From NCBI GenBank assembly GCA_963770835.1, contig CAVYRH010000026.1, positions 384,001 to 448,000 on the forward strand: a stretch of DNA of 64,000 bases, in the 5' to 3' direction. The stretch's first letter is position 1. Each line of letters opens with the position of its first letter. The DNA is from an uncultured Pseudomonadota bacterium. Its GTDB lineage: Bacteria; Oederibacteriota; Muellerivitia; Muellerivitales; Muellerivitaceae. Under the pieces are notes generated by a model, which was given only the letters and a program-made list of their open reading frames with translations, had not been told where the DNA came from and searched no databases. A program made the translations under genes and the position numbers. Below, piece after piece: positions 10,628-19,987 of the stretch.

Positions 10628-10981
10628 ATGCTTTCGTCCTTCCTCCAGCGCGTTCCCTGGGAAAAGTTCTTCCTCCTTTGGTTCTTGGCCCTCCTCATGG
10701 GCTCCAGCCTTTTATGGTTGCACTACGGCTTTACCCCGAAGATATTAGGGCCGTTGGGGTCTCTGGCCCTGGTGGCTGCCCTGGGGCTTTTGTGGGGCAC
10801 CACCCGGCCCCGTTGGCAAAAGGCCCATTGCGCCTGGTGCGGCAACTGCGTGCGGGCCGAAGCGATGAAGTTTGACGAAACCAAGAAGGCCTGGATCCTG
10901 GCCTATCGCTGCGAGAAGTGCGGGCAAGTCACGGAAAAACTAAAAAGTGCGAACGTGGAAAGGCAAAAATCGAATGGCTAA
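10628..10981 (+). CDS. Hypothetical 2-TM protein with C-terminal zinc ribbon
   Basis: Two hydrophobic helices followed by CAWC...CEKC. Confidence 0.65.
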   Translation: MLSSFLQRVPWEKFFLLWFLALLMGSSLLWLHYGFTPKILGPLGSLALVAALGLLWGTTRPRWQKAHCAWCGNCVRAEAMKFDETKKAWILAYRCEKCGQVTEKLKSANVERQKSNG

Positions 10982-11612
10982 GGAAACAACAGCCGCCCGC
11001 CCGTTGAATCAATCCCCCTCTTTCGCGCGTTTCGTGCTTTGGGAAGCCCTGGGCATCATGGGTTTCCTCCACATCCTTTTTTACGCCCCCGCCAATGATC
11101 CCACGCCCCTTTTCTTTCTCGGCAACGCCCTGGTTTTCGTGGTCCTTTATCCCGTTCTTTACTTCTACAGCCAGATGAAACTTCCCGTCGTGTTGAAGTT
11201 TCTCATCATGCCCTTGGGTGTTGCGCTCCGAATTTTACTGATGGCCAGCAGCTTCCTCTGGATCACCTATATCCTTTACGCTGCGGGGCTGTTCCTGGGG
11301 CCGGCTTCATGCTTCCAGGTGATTAAAAGTTATTGGGCAGTGCTGATGCCCTTTTACGTGATGGATTATTTCCTCTTCCTTGAACATCTTTGGGGCCTGA
11401 GCCGTGTGAACTTCACCTTTTGGGCGTCGGCGGGAATGATCTCCGACTTGGTCTCGGGGTCGGTGGCGGGGTTTAAGCTTGGGCAGATCTTCGTCACCAA
11501 ATGGGGTATGTTTTTCGGGAGCATGGATATCCAGGGCCTGATTTGGAGTATCTTCATCCTGACGGGTGTTGCCGTTGTGGTCTGGTTCGACAACAAGACC
11601 CGAAAAGGATAA
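10974..11612 (+). CDS. Hypothetical multi-pass membrane protein
   Basis: About 6 hydrophobic segments; overlaps the upstream stop; resembles 11677-12276. Confidence 0.7.
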   Translation: MAKETTAARPLNQSPSFARFVLWEALGIMGFLHILFYAPANDPTPLFFLGNALVFVVLYPVLYFYSQMKLPVVLKFLIMPLGVALRILLMASSFLWITYILYAAGLFLGPASCFQVIKSYWAVLMPFYVMDYFLFLEHLWGLSRVNFTFWASAGMISDLVSGSVAGFKLGQIFVTKWGMFFGSMDIQGLIWSIFILTGVAVVVWFDNKTRKG

Positions 11613-11676
11613 CGCCAGCTAGTAGTTCTCAGCTGTCAGTTGGCAGCTACTAAACCTTCTAAGGTAAGGCGAATTC

Positions 11677-12276
11677 ATGCCACAAGACTCAGACCGGTCC
11701 ATCCTCCGACTCCTCATTTGGGAAGGGTTGGCGGCCGCAGGGCTGGTCACCATCCACCTTCATCCCTACGCCGACCACATTTGGAACCTGAACTTTTTCT
11801 ATAACGCCCTTTTCTTCCTGCTGGCTTACCCCATTCTCTATATCTACCGGTGGAAAATAACCGATGGCTGCCTGTCCTCGATCCTTTGGCCTTTGAGCTT
11901 TGTTTTAAGCTGGGGCTTGAGTGTTTCGTCCTATCTTTGGATCGCTTACTTGCTTCTGATAGCGGGTAGCCCCTATTTTTTCGCGATGAAAGTCCATTAC
12001 ATCCCTCTGGGCATCCTTTTCGTCTTCATTTATTTCCCCTTAATCCAGCCTATCCTGGGGGTAAGCAAGAAGTATCAAACCCTAGGAGGGCTCATTTGGC
12101 TCCTCTTTTACTCGGCCTTGGGGGGATTCGTCGGATATGAAACAGGTTGGTTTGTGGGCCATAAATTCCCCTCCGTTCGTACCGACGTGGGCCATTGGTT
12201 TTTGCTCTGGCTGGGGCTGACTTTTTTGGGCACGGCGGTGGGGGCCCTCGTTGCCCAAAGGCGCGGAAATAAGTAA
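11677..12276 (+). CDS. Hypothetical multi-pass membrane protein (paralog of the upstream gene)
   Basis: Shares the R..(L/I)WE...NAL.F...YP.LY.Y pattern. Confidence 0.7.
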   Translation: MPQDSDRSILRLLIWEGLAAAGLVTIHLHPYADHIWNLNFFYNALFFLLAYPILYIYRWKITDGCLSSILWPLSFVLSWGLSVSSYLWIAYLLLIAGSPYFFAMKVHYIPLGILFVFIYFPLIQPILGVSKKYQTLGGLIWLLFYSALGGFVGYETGWFVGHKFPSVRTDVGHWFLLWLGLTFLGTAVGALVAQRRGNK

Positions 12277-12412
12277 CCCTGTGATTTGCATCATAGTGGC
12301 CGGAACGGGTTGGCTTATCCTAAACCAATGGCAATGAAACCTTCCGGCGGTTCGCCTGGTATTGCAAAAGGGGCCGTTTGACGGAGACAGTGGAAAGGTG
12401 TAGCCTGTTCCC

Positions 12413-12766
12413 ATGCGTAAAGCACTTCAATTCTTAAGCCGGATCACATTGATCCTCGGGGTTTTGGTTGCCCTGACGCCCTGCGGTATTTGCCATGGGG
12501 CTATGGAAAAAGCTTCCCCAACCTGCACCATGAAATCCATGTCCGGCAAGATGGATTGCTGCCATAAAAGCAAACCCTCCAGCCCGCTTTGCAAGGCCAT
12601 GGACCAGTCTTCCACGCCGGCGGTTTCACACGGCTTTGCCGCTGCAACCGCCCCGGTTGTTTCTTTTGATTCACCCCTGGTAGTTACGCCCTTTAGGGCC
12701 TCACTTTCCGCTTCCGTTGCGCTGGACACCTCGCCGTTTCGAGCACCCCTCTCCTTAAGAATCTGA
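12413..12766 (+). CDS. Cys/Met-rich exported leader protein upstream of metal efflux operon (DUF2946/CutF-like)
   Basis: Signal anchor, CGICH, DCCH, C-terminal SPFRAPLSLRI. Confidence 0.6.
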   Translation: MRKALQFLSRITLILGVLVALTPCGICHGAMEKASPTCTMKSMSGKMDCCHKSKPSSPLCKAMDQSSTPAVSHGFAAATAPVVSFDSPLVVTPFRASLSASVALDTSPFRAPLSLRI

Positions 12767-12869
12767 TTCATTCCTTTTGACGTTGCTTAGGTGAGTTCAG
12801 AAGAACTCGTCTAATGTTCTGTTGCGTCCCCCTACGCCAAGGCTACGGGCGACAAGCACAAAAGGAGTG

Positions 12870-14135
12870 ATGACCGTGAAATTCCCAAGAATTTTTAAAT
12901 TCATTTTTATGGTTTTCCTGGTTCTACACGGGTTGGCCCGGGCCCAGGAGCCGTCTTCGGCTCCTGCGACCGTAGACCTGAACCTCGCGAAGGCCGAGGA
13001 ACTGGCCCTAGAGGGGAACCCCCATATTCGCGCGGCGGACGACCGTACCCAGTCCGCTGAAAAACAAGTTTTGCCGTCCCTTTTCCCGGATGACCCGGAG
13101 GTCATGGTGGACACCACCTTTCCTGGAATGGAAATGTGGCAGGTGGAGGAAAAACTGGGATTCCCCGGTAAAGGCATCGCCAAGGCGGACATGCTCGGCG
13201 CCGAGGCGAAAAGGGCCGGGGCGGAAGCCCAGGACACGCGCCGTTCCATTGTGCTGCAGGCGCGGCAGGCTTATTGGGATTTCTATTACCGGCAAAAAGT
13301 GGACGCTATCCTGCAGGAAGCCCAGGAAAGGTGGAAAACCCTCGGGCAGATCGTCCAATCCAAGGAACTGAGCGGCCAATGGCTTTCGATCAAGGATATC
13401 CGCCTTCAAATGGAAACGGCCAATGCCGTCAATGACCTCATCACCAACAGCCGGGCCCTCAAGATTTCCCAGTTCAACCTGAACCACCTTTTCAGCCTGC
13501 CCCACTTCACGGCCTACCAGCTGGTGGAGGAGCCGAGCCTATCGCCCCTGGAAGGGACGGAGGAGGAATGGGTGCGCAAGTCCCTGGAACACAATCCCGA
13601 AATCGACGTTTACCACCGGGCCATCGAGGCCAAGGAAGCGGCCCGGCACATGGCGTCGCTGGACTACCTGCCCGATTTCGACGTGTTGGTTTCGGGCGTG
13701 AAGGACCCCAACGGCGGCCTTTCGAATTACGGCTACCGGGTGGGCATCAGCATTCCACTGTTCTTTCCCGCCAAGCAAAGCCAGGAGGAGGGAGCGGCTT
13801 CCGACGAGGTTTCGGCGGCCCGATACGACCTCACCGGCAAACAGGATGAGGTCATCCACATGACCGAGGACGCCTACGTGGGCGCCGATTCGGCGTGGCG
13901 GCTCCTCAAGCTTTACGAGGAAGGCGGTCTGGTAAAACAGGTCCAAAGGGCCTGGGCCGCCAGCCAGACGGCCTACCGCAATGAGGAAATGCCCCTGGCG
14001 GATTTCATCGAGACTTACAACACCTATTTACAAACCCTCACCAACTATTACCAGGCCAAGGCCGATTACGGAAAGGCTTTGGCCCAACTGGAATACGAAG
14101 CGGATGGAAAAGGAGACGATCTTGAAAAACCCTAA
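12870..14135 (+). CDS. cusC: TolC/CusC-family outer membrane efflux protein
   Basis: Signal peptide, two OEP repeats (ALEGNP..., YLPDFDV...GISIPLF), first gene of an RND operon. Confidence 0.85.
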   Translation: MTVKFPRIFKFIFMVFLVLHGLARAQEPSSAPATVDLNLAKAEELALEGNPHIRAADDRTQSAEKQVLPSLFPDDPEVMVDTTFPGMEMWQVEEKLGFPGKGIAKADMLGAEAKRAGAEAQDTRRSIVLQARQAYWDFYYRQKVDAILQEAQERWKTLGQIVQSKELSGQWLSIKDIRLQMETANAVNDLITNSRALKISQFNLNHLFSLPHFTAYQLVEEPSLSPLEGTEEEWVRKSLEHNPEIDVYHRAIEAKEAARHMASLDYLPDFDVLVSGVKDPNGGLSNYGYRVGISIPLFFPAKQSQEEGAASDEVSAARYDLTGKQDEVIHMTEDAYVGADSAWRLLKLYEEGGLVKQVQRAWAASQTAYRNEEMPLADFIETYNTYLQTLTNYYQAKADYGKALAQLEYEADGKGDDLEKP

Positions 14136-15207
14136 ACGAAGGACGGGTAAAGGCCCGAAGGCGATGTTGCTTACGCTTATTCTGGCGGTGGCCGCCGCCG
14201 GAGGCCTTGGCACGCTGTGGCACTTCACCGTCGGGCGGACTGGCCAAACCCTGGCCAAGAAAACCATCTACACCTGCGTCATGCACCACCAGATCCGGCG
14301 GGAAGAGCCGGGGGACTGCCCCATTTGCGGGATGAAGCTGGTTCCCCTTGAGCAAATTGAAGGCGGGTTGGGAACGCCCTCGCCCCTCACCGGGCAACCG
14401 GCCAGTCCGTCTCTTGAAAAGAGGATCAAATATTGGGCAAACCCCATGGATCCGGCCCAACACAGTAATAAGCCGATGAAGGATGACATGGGGATGGATT
14501 TCATTCCGGTTTATGAACGAGAGGGGACCCCGACAGTCGAGGGGATACCCGAGGCGTTGAAAGGGCTCGCGCCCATCCAAATCAGCCCCTATAAGCAGCA
14601 ATTAATCGGGGTCAGGTTCGCGACGGCCGAAAAGGTTCCCATCACCCGGGTGATCCGCACCAATGGAAGGTTCGCCGGGGGCGCGGGGGACTTCGCCGCC
14701 ATGGCGGGCGATTTCGCGGCCAGCAACCCCTTGCGTACTTCAGGGCGGTACGTGGTGGCGGATGTTTACGCGCTGGATATTCCTTTTGTCAGGGTCGGAC
14801 AAAAGGCCATCGTAACAACCCTTAGCGGCTCCGGGGCCTCCGTGGAAGGAAAAGTGGCCCAGATCTATCCCTATGACGAGACCCAGTCCCGGGTAACCCG
14901 GGTGAGGATCAACCTGGCCCAGGCCCCACCGCAGGAATTGTTCGCCAACGTGGATATCCAGGCCACCACCGAACCCCGTCTAGCTGTTCCTCCCACGGCG
15001 GTCATGGACACCGGTAATCACCGCTATGTCTTCCTCCAAGGCGACGCAGGGACCTTTATCCCCAAGGAAGTCACTATCGGATACGAGGGAAGCGATTTGT
15101 GGGAAGTGACCGCCGGTTTGAAGGAAGGGGACAAGGTCGTGGACGGAGCGAATTTCCTGATCGACGCGGATTCAAAACTGAGGGCCGCCTTCGTGGACAA
15201 CCAATAA
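14104..15207 (+). CDS. cusB: CusB-type periplasmic adaptor with heavy-metal-binding domains, apparently shortened
   Basis: YTCVMHHQIRREEPGDCPICGMKL; YWANPMDP...KDDMGMDFIPVY; GLKEGDKVV..ANFLIDADS. Confidence 0.85.
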   Translation: MEKETILKNPKRRTGKGPKAMLLTLILAVAAAGGLGTLWHFTVGRTGQTLAKKTIYTCVMHHQIRREEPGDCPICGMKLVPLEQIEGGLGTPSPLTGQPASPSLEKRIKYWANPMDPAQHSNKPMKDDMGMDFIPVYEREGTPTVEGIPEALKGLAPIQISPYKQQLIGVRFATAEKVPITRVIRTNGRFAGGAGDFAAMAGDFAASNPLRTSGRYVVADVYALDIPFVRVGQKAIVTTLSGSGASVEGKVAQIYPYDETQSRVTRVRINLAQAPPQELFANVDIQATTEPRLAVPPTAVMDTGNHRYVFLQGDAGTFIPKEVTIGYEGSDLWEVTAGLKEGDKVVDGANFLIDADSKLRAAFVDNQ

Positions 15208-15225
15208 TAGACCGAGAGGTTTGAA

Positions 15226-18200
15226 ATGATTTCCAAAGTCATCGAGTGGTGCGGTAAAAACAAATTTTTGGTTTCCCTGGGAATGTTGGCCATCATCCTT
15301 TGGGGAGTTTGGGCCTTGAAGAACATCCCCCTGGACGCTATTCCGGATATCTCGGACACCCAGGTGGTGGTTTACGCCCGGTGGATGAAAAGCCCGGACA
15401 TCCTGGAGGACCAGGTGGCCTATCCCATCGTGCGGGCCCTTTTGGGGGCGCCCAAGGTGAAGGGAATCCGGGCCTTCTCGGATTTCGGCTATACCTACGT
15501 CTACATCCTCTTCGAGGACGGGACCGACGTTTACTGGGCCCGAAGCCGGGTGCTGGAATACCTTTCAAAGGTCCAGGGCACCCTGCCTGAAGGAGTGAAG
15601 GTGGAAATGGGGCCGGACGCCACAGGCGTAGGATGGGTTTACCAATATGCCCTGGTGGATAAAAGCGGCCAACACACCCTCTCGGACCTGAAAAGCTACC
15701 AGGATTGGAACCTCCGGTACCAGCTCCAGAGCCTGCCGGGGGTGGCGGAAGTTTCCACCGTGGGCGGCATGACGAAGCAATACCAGGTGGAGGTCAACCC
15801 CAACGCCCTGGCTTCCTACGACCTGGCTTTCGGGCAGGTTTTGGACGCGGTACGCAATTCCAACCGGGACGTGGGCGGGAGGCTCCTGGACATCAACGGC
15901 ACCGAGTACATGATCCGGGGGCTGGGCTACTTGAAAGGCGCCGCAGACCTGGAAAAGGTGGTGGTGGGCAGGGACAAGCAGGGTGCGCCTATATTCATCG
16001 CGGATATTGCCCGGGTCCAACTAGGCCCGGAAGTACGCCGCGGCGTGGCCGAACTGGACGGACAAGGGGAAGTGGTGGGCGGCATCGTGACGGCCCGCTA
16101 CGGCGAGAACGCGCTTTCCGTCATCAGCCGGGTGAAGCAAAAACTGGAGGAAATCAAACCCTCCCTTCCCCCGGGCGTGGAGATCGTCCCCGTTTACGAC
16201 CGTTCCGAGTTGATCAACCGGTCCATCGAAACCCTGACCCATGAACTCCTCAAGCTCGCCATCGCGGTAGCATTGGTTTGCCTGGTTTTCCTTTGGAACC
16301 TTCCCTCAGCCCTGGTCATCATCCTGACCCTCCCCTTGGCGATCCTGATGTCCTTCGTCACCATGAAGTATATGGGAGTCTCCTCCAACATCATGAGCCT
16401 GGGGGGCATCGCCATCGCCATCGGCGCAATGGTGGACGCTTCCATCATCATGGTGGAGAACGCCTGCAAGCGCCTGGAGGAATGGGATAAGGCGAAAACC
16501 ATTTCACCACCAAGGCACCAAGACACCAAGAAAAGTTCATTAAAAGAAAAAACAAGGGCCGACGTCATTTTGGATGCGGCGAAAGAAGTGGGGCCGTCAT
16601 TGTTCTACACCTTGCTGGTGATTACGGTTGGGTTCCTCCCGGTCTTCGCGCTGCAGGGACAGGAAGGGCGGCTGTTCAGCCCGCTGGCCTATACCAAAAC
16701 CTTCTCCATGTTCTTCGCGGCTTTCCTCGCCATTACGGTGACGCCATTCTTGATGGTTGTTTTCCTAAGGGGCAAGATTTTGACCGAGGCCCAGCATCCC
16801 TTGAACCGGTTCTTGGACCGCTTTTACCACCATCCCGCCAAGTGGGTGCTGGCCAACAAGAGAAAGGTTCTCCTCATCGCCCTCGGGCTGGTGGCTTTGA
16901 CCCTGCTCCCCTATTCACGCCTGGGAAGCGAGTTCATGCCGCCCTTATGGGAAGGGTCCCTCCTCTATATGCCGACGACCCTGCCGGGTGTATCGGTGAC
17001 GGAAGCCGCCCGCATCCTGCAGGTGCAGGATAAAGTCATCAAGTCCTTCCCGGAAGTGGAGCGGGTTTTCGGGAAGGCGGGCCGGGCGGAGACTTCCCTG
17101 GACCCCGCGCCCTTTTCGATGGTGGAGACCACCATCCTCTTGAAGCCGGAAAACCAATGGCGGAAGGGGATGACCCAAGAGAAGCTTATCAAGGAACTCA
17201 ACGAGGCTCTCCAATTCCCTGGTTACACCAACGCCATCACCATGCCCATTATTAACCGCATCAACATGCTCACCACGGGGATGAGGACACCCATCGGCAT
17301 CAAGGTTTTGGGGGCGGATTTCAACACCATCGAAAAGACCGGCATCGAGATTGAAAACGCCTTGAAGGGCCTGAAAGGAACCTCGAGCATTTACGCCGAA
17401 AGGGTGACGGGCGGCTATTACGTCGACATCCGGCCCCGGCGGGACCAGATCGCGCGCTACGGGCTCAAGGTCGAGGACGTGAACGAGATCATCGAGATGG
17501 CCATCGGGGGGGACAATGTCACCACCACGGTGGAAGGGCGGGAACGCTATTCGGTAAGCGTGCGCTACGCCAAGGATTTCCGCGACGACGTGGACAAGCT
17601 CCGGAGGGTGTTGGTGACCACCCCTTCCGGAAGCAAGGTCCAGCTGGGACAGCTGGCGGATGTGGGGTTGTCCCTGGGGCCCGGCATGATTCGGGATGAG
17701 AACGGACTTTTAGCCGGCTATGTCTACGTCGACCTGGAGGGGATCGATCCCGGCACCTATGTCCAGGCGGCCCAGAAGCTCCTCAAGGAAAAGGTCCAGC
17801 TTCCCACCGGGACCAGCTTGGTTTGGAGCGGACAGTACGAGTACATGATCCGGGCGGCCCAGCGGTTCAAAATCATGATCCCCCTGACCCTCCTCATCGT
17901 GTTTCTCCTGCTTTATTTCAACACTAAATCCTTTACGGAAACCGTCCTCGTGCTTTTCGCGGTGCCTTTTTCACTAATCGGGGCCGTCTGGCTCTTGTGG
18001 ATCCTGGGCTACAACATGTCGGTGGCGGTATGGGTGGGGTTGATCGCCCTGGCGGGGTTGGACGCCGAAACGGGGGTCGTCATGCTGCTTTACCTTAACC
18101 TCTCTTACCGGCAATACCGGGAAAAGGGAAGGATGCGGAATATGGCGGATTTGGAGGAATCGGTGCTCCACGGCGCGGTCAAGCGGCTGAGACCCAAGCT

Positions 18201-18429
18201 GATGACGGTCTCCGCCGCCTGGTTCGGGCTGGTACCCATCCTCTTTTCCACGGGCGTGGGCAGCGATGTGATGAAACGTATTGCGGCGCCCATGGTGGGG
18301 GGAGTCTTCACGTCCTTTATCCTCGAACTCCTGGTTTATCCCATTTTATTCACGGTTTGGAAGTGGCACACCGAGGTGAATCCCCACAAACCCACGGGGT
18401 TCTGGAAATGGGTGGCCCAAATCGGTTAA
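15226..18429 (+). CDS. cusA: CusA/CzcA heavy-metal efflux RND transporter
   Basis: PLDAIPDISD, YWARSRVLEYL, NIMSLGGIAIAIGAMVDASIIMVEN, GSEFMPPL, GAVKRLRPKLMT. Confidence 0.96.
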   Translation: MISKVIEWCGKNKFLVSLGMLAIILWGVWALKNIPLDAIPDISDTQVVVYARWMKSPDILEDQVAYPIVRALLGAPKVKGIRAFSDFGYTYVYILFEDGTDVYWARSRVLEYLSKVQGTLPEGVKVEMGPDATGVGWVYQYALVDKSGQHTLSDLKSYQDWNLRYQLQSLPGVAEVSTVGGMTKQYQVEVNPNALASYDLAFGQVLDAVRNSNRDVGGRLLDINGTEYMIRGLGYLKGAADLEKVVVGRDKQGAPIFIADIARVQLGPEVRRGVAELDGQGEVVGGIVTARYGENALSVISRVKQKLEEIKPSLPPGVEIVPVYDRSELINRSIETLTHELLKLAIAVALVCLVFLWNLPSALVIILTLPLAILMSFVTMKYMGVSSNIMSLGGIAIAIGAMVDASIIMVENACKRLEEWDKAKTISPPRHQDTKKSSLKEKTRADVILDAAKEVGPSLFYTLLVITVGFLPVFALQGQEGRLFSPLAYTKTFSMFFAAFLAITVTPFLMVVFLRGKILTEAQHPLNRFLDRFYHHPAKWVLANKRKVLLIALGLVALTLLPYSRLGSEFMPPLWEGSLLYMPTTLPGVSVTEAARILQVQDKVIKSFPEVERVFGKAGRAETSLDPAPFSMVETTILLKPENQWRKGMTQEKLIKELNEALQFPGYTNAITMPIINRINMLTTGMRTPIGIKVLGADFNTIEKTGIEIENALKGLKGTSSIYAERVTGGYYVDIRPRRDQIARYGLKVEDVNEIIEMAIGGDNVTTTVEGRERYSVSVRYAKDFRDDVDKLRRVLVTTPSGSKVQLGQLADVGLSLGPGMIRDENGLLAGYVYVDLEGIDPGTYVQAAQKLLKEKVQLPTGTSLVWSGQYEYMIRAAQRFKIMIPLTLLIVFLLLYFNTKSFTETVLVLFAVPFSLIGAVWLLWILGYNMSVAVWVGLIALAGLDAETGVVMLLYLNLSYRQYREKGRMRNMADLEESVLHGAVKRLRPKLMTVSAAWFGLVPILFSTGVGSDVMKRIAAPMVGGVFTSFILELLVYPILFTVWKWHTEVNPHKPTGFWKWVAQIG

Positions 18430-18487
18430 GGTGTCGTCATTCCGGCTGAGGCCTGGAATGAGAGGTTAAATTCATAAGGAGCGAGGA

Positions 18488-18766
18488 ATGAAAAAGATAT
18501 TGGGATTAACGGCGATATTGACCGGAGGATTGTTGGTGGCGGTGGTTAACGGTTGGGCGGACAACGCAGCCCCAGCGGCCGGAACGACTCCCTCAGTTTC
18601 CCAGCCGACAGCGGTCTCCACGCCAGCGGCAAAGGTTAAAAAGGCCAAGAAGTCAAAGAAAGCCGCCAAGGAAGTATGGGTTTGCCCGATGGGGGATTAC
18701 AAGGGCCCCAAGACGGCGGACGGTAAATGCCCCACCTGTGGGATGGATTTGGTGAAGCAACAGTAA
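18488..18766 (+). CDS. Small exported heavy-metal-binding domain protein
   Basis: Signal peptide plus WVCPM...GKCPTCGMDLV. Confidence 0.85.
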   Translation: MKKILGLTAILTGGLLVAVVNGWADNAAPAAGTTPSVSQPTAVSTPAAKVKKAKKSKKAAKEVWVCPMGDYKGPKTADGKCPTCGMDLVKQQ

Positions 18767-18778
18767 GCCGGTATGACT

Positions 18779-18810
18779 CCCCGGCGGGTTCTTGCCCGCC
18801 GGGATTTTTC
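18779..18810 (+). terminator. Intrinsic terminator of the cus operon
   Basis: CCCGGCGGG-ttcttg-CCCGCCGGG followed by ATTTTT. Confidence 0.7.
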
Positions 18811-18839
18811 TGACAGAGCTCCAAGCCATTGTGAGAGGC

Positions 18840-19112
18840 ATGGATTCGTAATAAAATATTACGGAACTATGCACTTCACATACATTTTCTAGAAATAATG
18901 GTTGTTTTTCCCTTACCCCTTCTCCCTTAAGGGGAGAAGGTTGGGATGAGGGTGGTTTTGCAAGGGAAAGACACCCCTCACCCTACCCTCTCCCTGGCTG
19001 GCGCCCACAGGGAAAATCCCCTGTGTACCCCTCAATTCGAAAGGCACAAGGGGCGAGGGTTTCCTTGTTTGTATGTGAAGTGCATAGTTCCGAAATATTA
19101 TTATCAATCCAT
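18840..19112. mobile_element. Nested palindromic / MITE-like element
   Basis: 30-bp IR AATATTACGGAACTATGCACTTCACATACA (18855-18884) versus TGTATGTGAAGTGCATAGTTCCGAAATATT (19070-19099), 1 mismatch, enclosing CCCTCACCCTACCCTCTCCC-type hairpins. Confidence 0.7.
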
Positions 19113-19136
19113 CATCGATACAGGAGAGCGAAGGCG

Positions 19137-19613
19137 GTGTCTTTCATCATTTTAAAACTTCGAAACATCGTGCTGGTGACGGGGGCTTTTTTGCTTCTCT
19201 TAGCCGCGCTATGGTATGTCGGCTTCGACCGGAACATCTCACTGCCCAACCGTTCCAACATCCAGAAAATCGAAGTGTGCCAGAACGATTTCAAGCAGCG
19301 CGCCCAGCAGATCACCTACATTGAGGAAGACGCGAAGATCCAAAAAATCTACGATTTCATCGACAAGCGCAAAAAGGGGTGGGAACCCCTGATTTACGCC
19401 CCCACGGCGCCGGTCGTCATGGCCGATTTTTACGGTTCCAATGGCGTTTTGTTCGAACTTTACCTGATGAAGTCCTCCAATTTTTTGCTCCGCAACAGCA
19501 ACGGCACTTACATGAAGAGCCTCAAGAACGAAGAAGTGAGCCAATTTTTCGATCTGTTGGGAGTGCAATCGAACCACCTGGTCTATAGCCCACCCAAAGG
19601 CAATTCCCTTTAA
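19137..19613 (+). CDS. Hypothetical membrane-anchored protein
   Basis: GTG start after AGGAG, N-terminal TM helix. Confidence 0.6.
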   Translation: MSFIILKLRNIVLVTGAFLLLLAALWYVGFDRNISLPNRSNIQKIEVCQNDFKQRAQQITYIEEDAKIQKIYDFIDKRKKGWEPLIYAPTAPVVMADFYGSNGVLFELYLMKSSNFLLRNSNGTYMKSLKNEEVSQFFDLLGVQSNHLVYSPPKGNSL

Positions 19614-19771
19614 CGGATTTAAAAAGCTTTTCGTTCCCTCCGAACCCCAAGGGATTGATTTAACCGGTTTTTGAAGCGTTGGATGTGGACATTTTTTGTT
19701 GGGAAATTTGTTCCGGATGAGTTATCGTTTTGAGGAAACCTCTATCAGCTGTTCTTCACCCGTGAGGGCAC

Positions 19772-19957
19772 ATGGATTGCCGGCAGGTTCATCAAGCTTA
19801 TAGCGTTTATCTCCAGGGGAAGCTCCCGCCCGTCCAAATGGAATGGATCGCCCAGCATATCCAAGACTGCCCGGATTGCCTCCTGCTCGACCAGAACGTG
19901 AGGAAGTTGTTCCTAGAGGAAACCATGGGCGCAAACGGGGAAAAGGCCGGAGATTAG
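19772..19957 (+). CDS. Stand-alone zf-HC2 (anti-sigma-type zinc finger) protein
   Basis: MDC...YLQGKL......HIQDCPDC. Confidence 0.7.
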   Translation: MDCRQVHQAYSVYLQGKLPPVQMEWIAQHIQDCPDCLLLDQNVRKLFLEETMGANGEKAGD

Positions 19958-19987
19958 TTTTTGCTTTCTCCGGAGCTGCTGGGGCGC

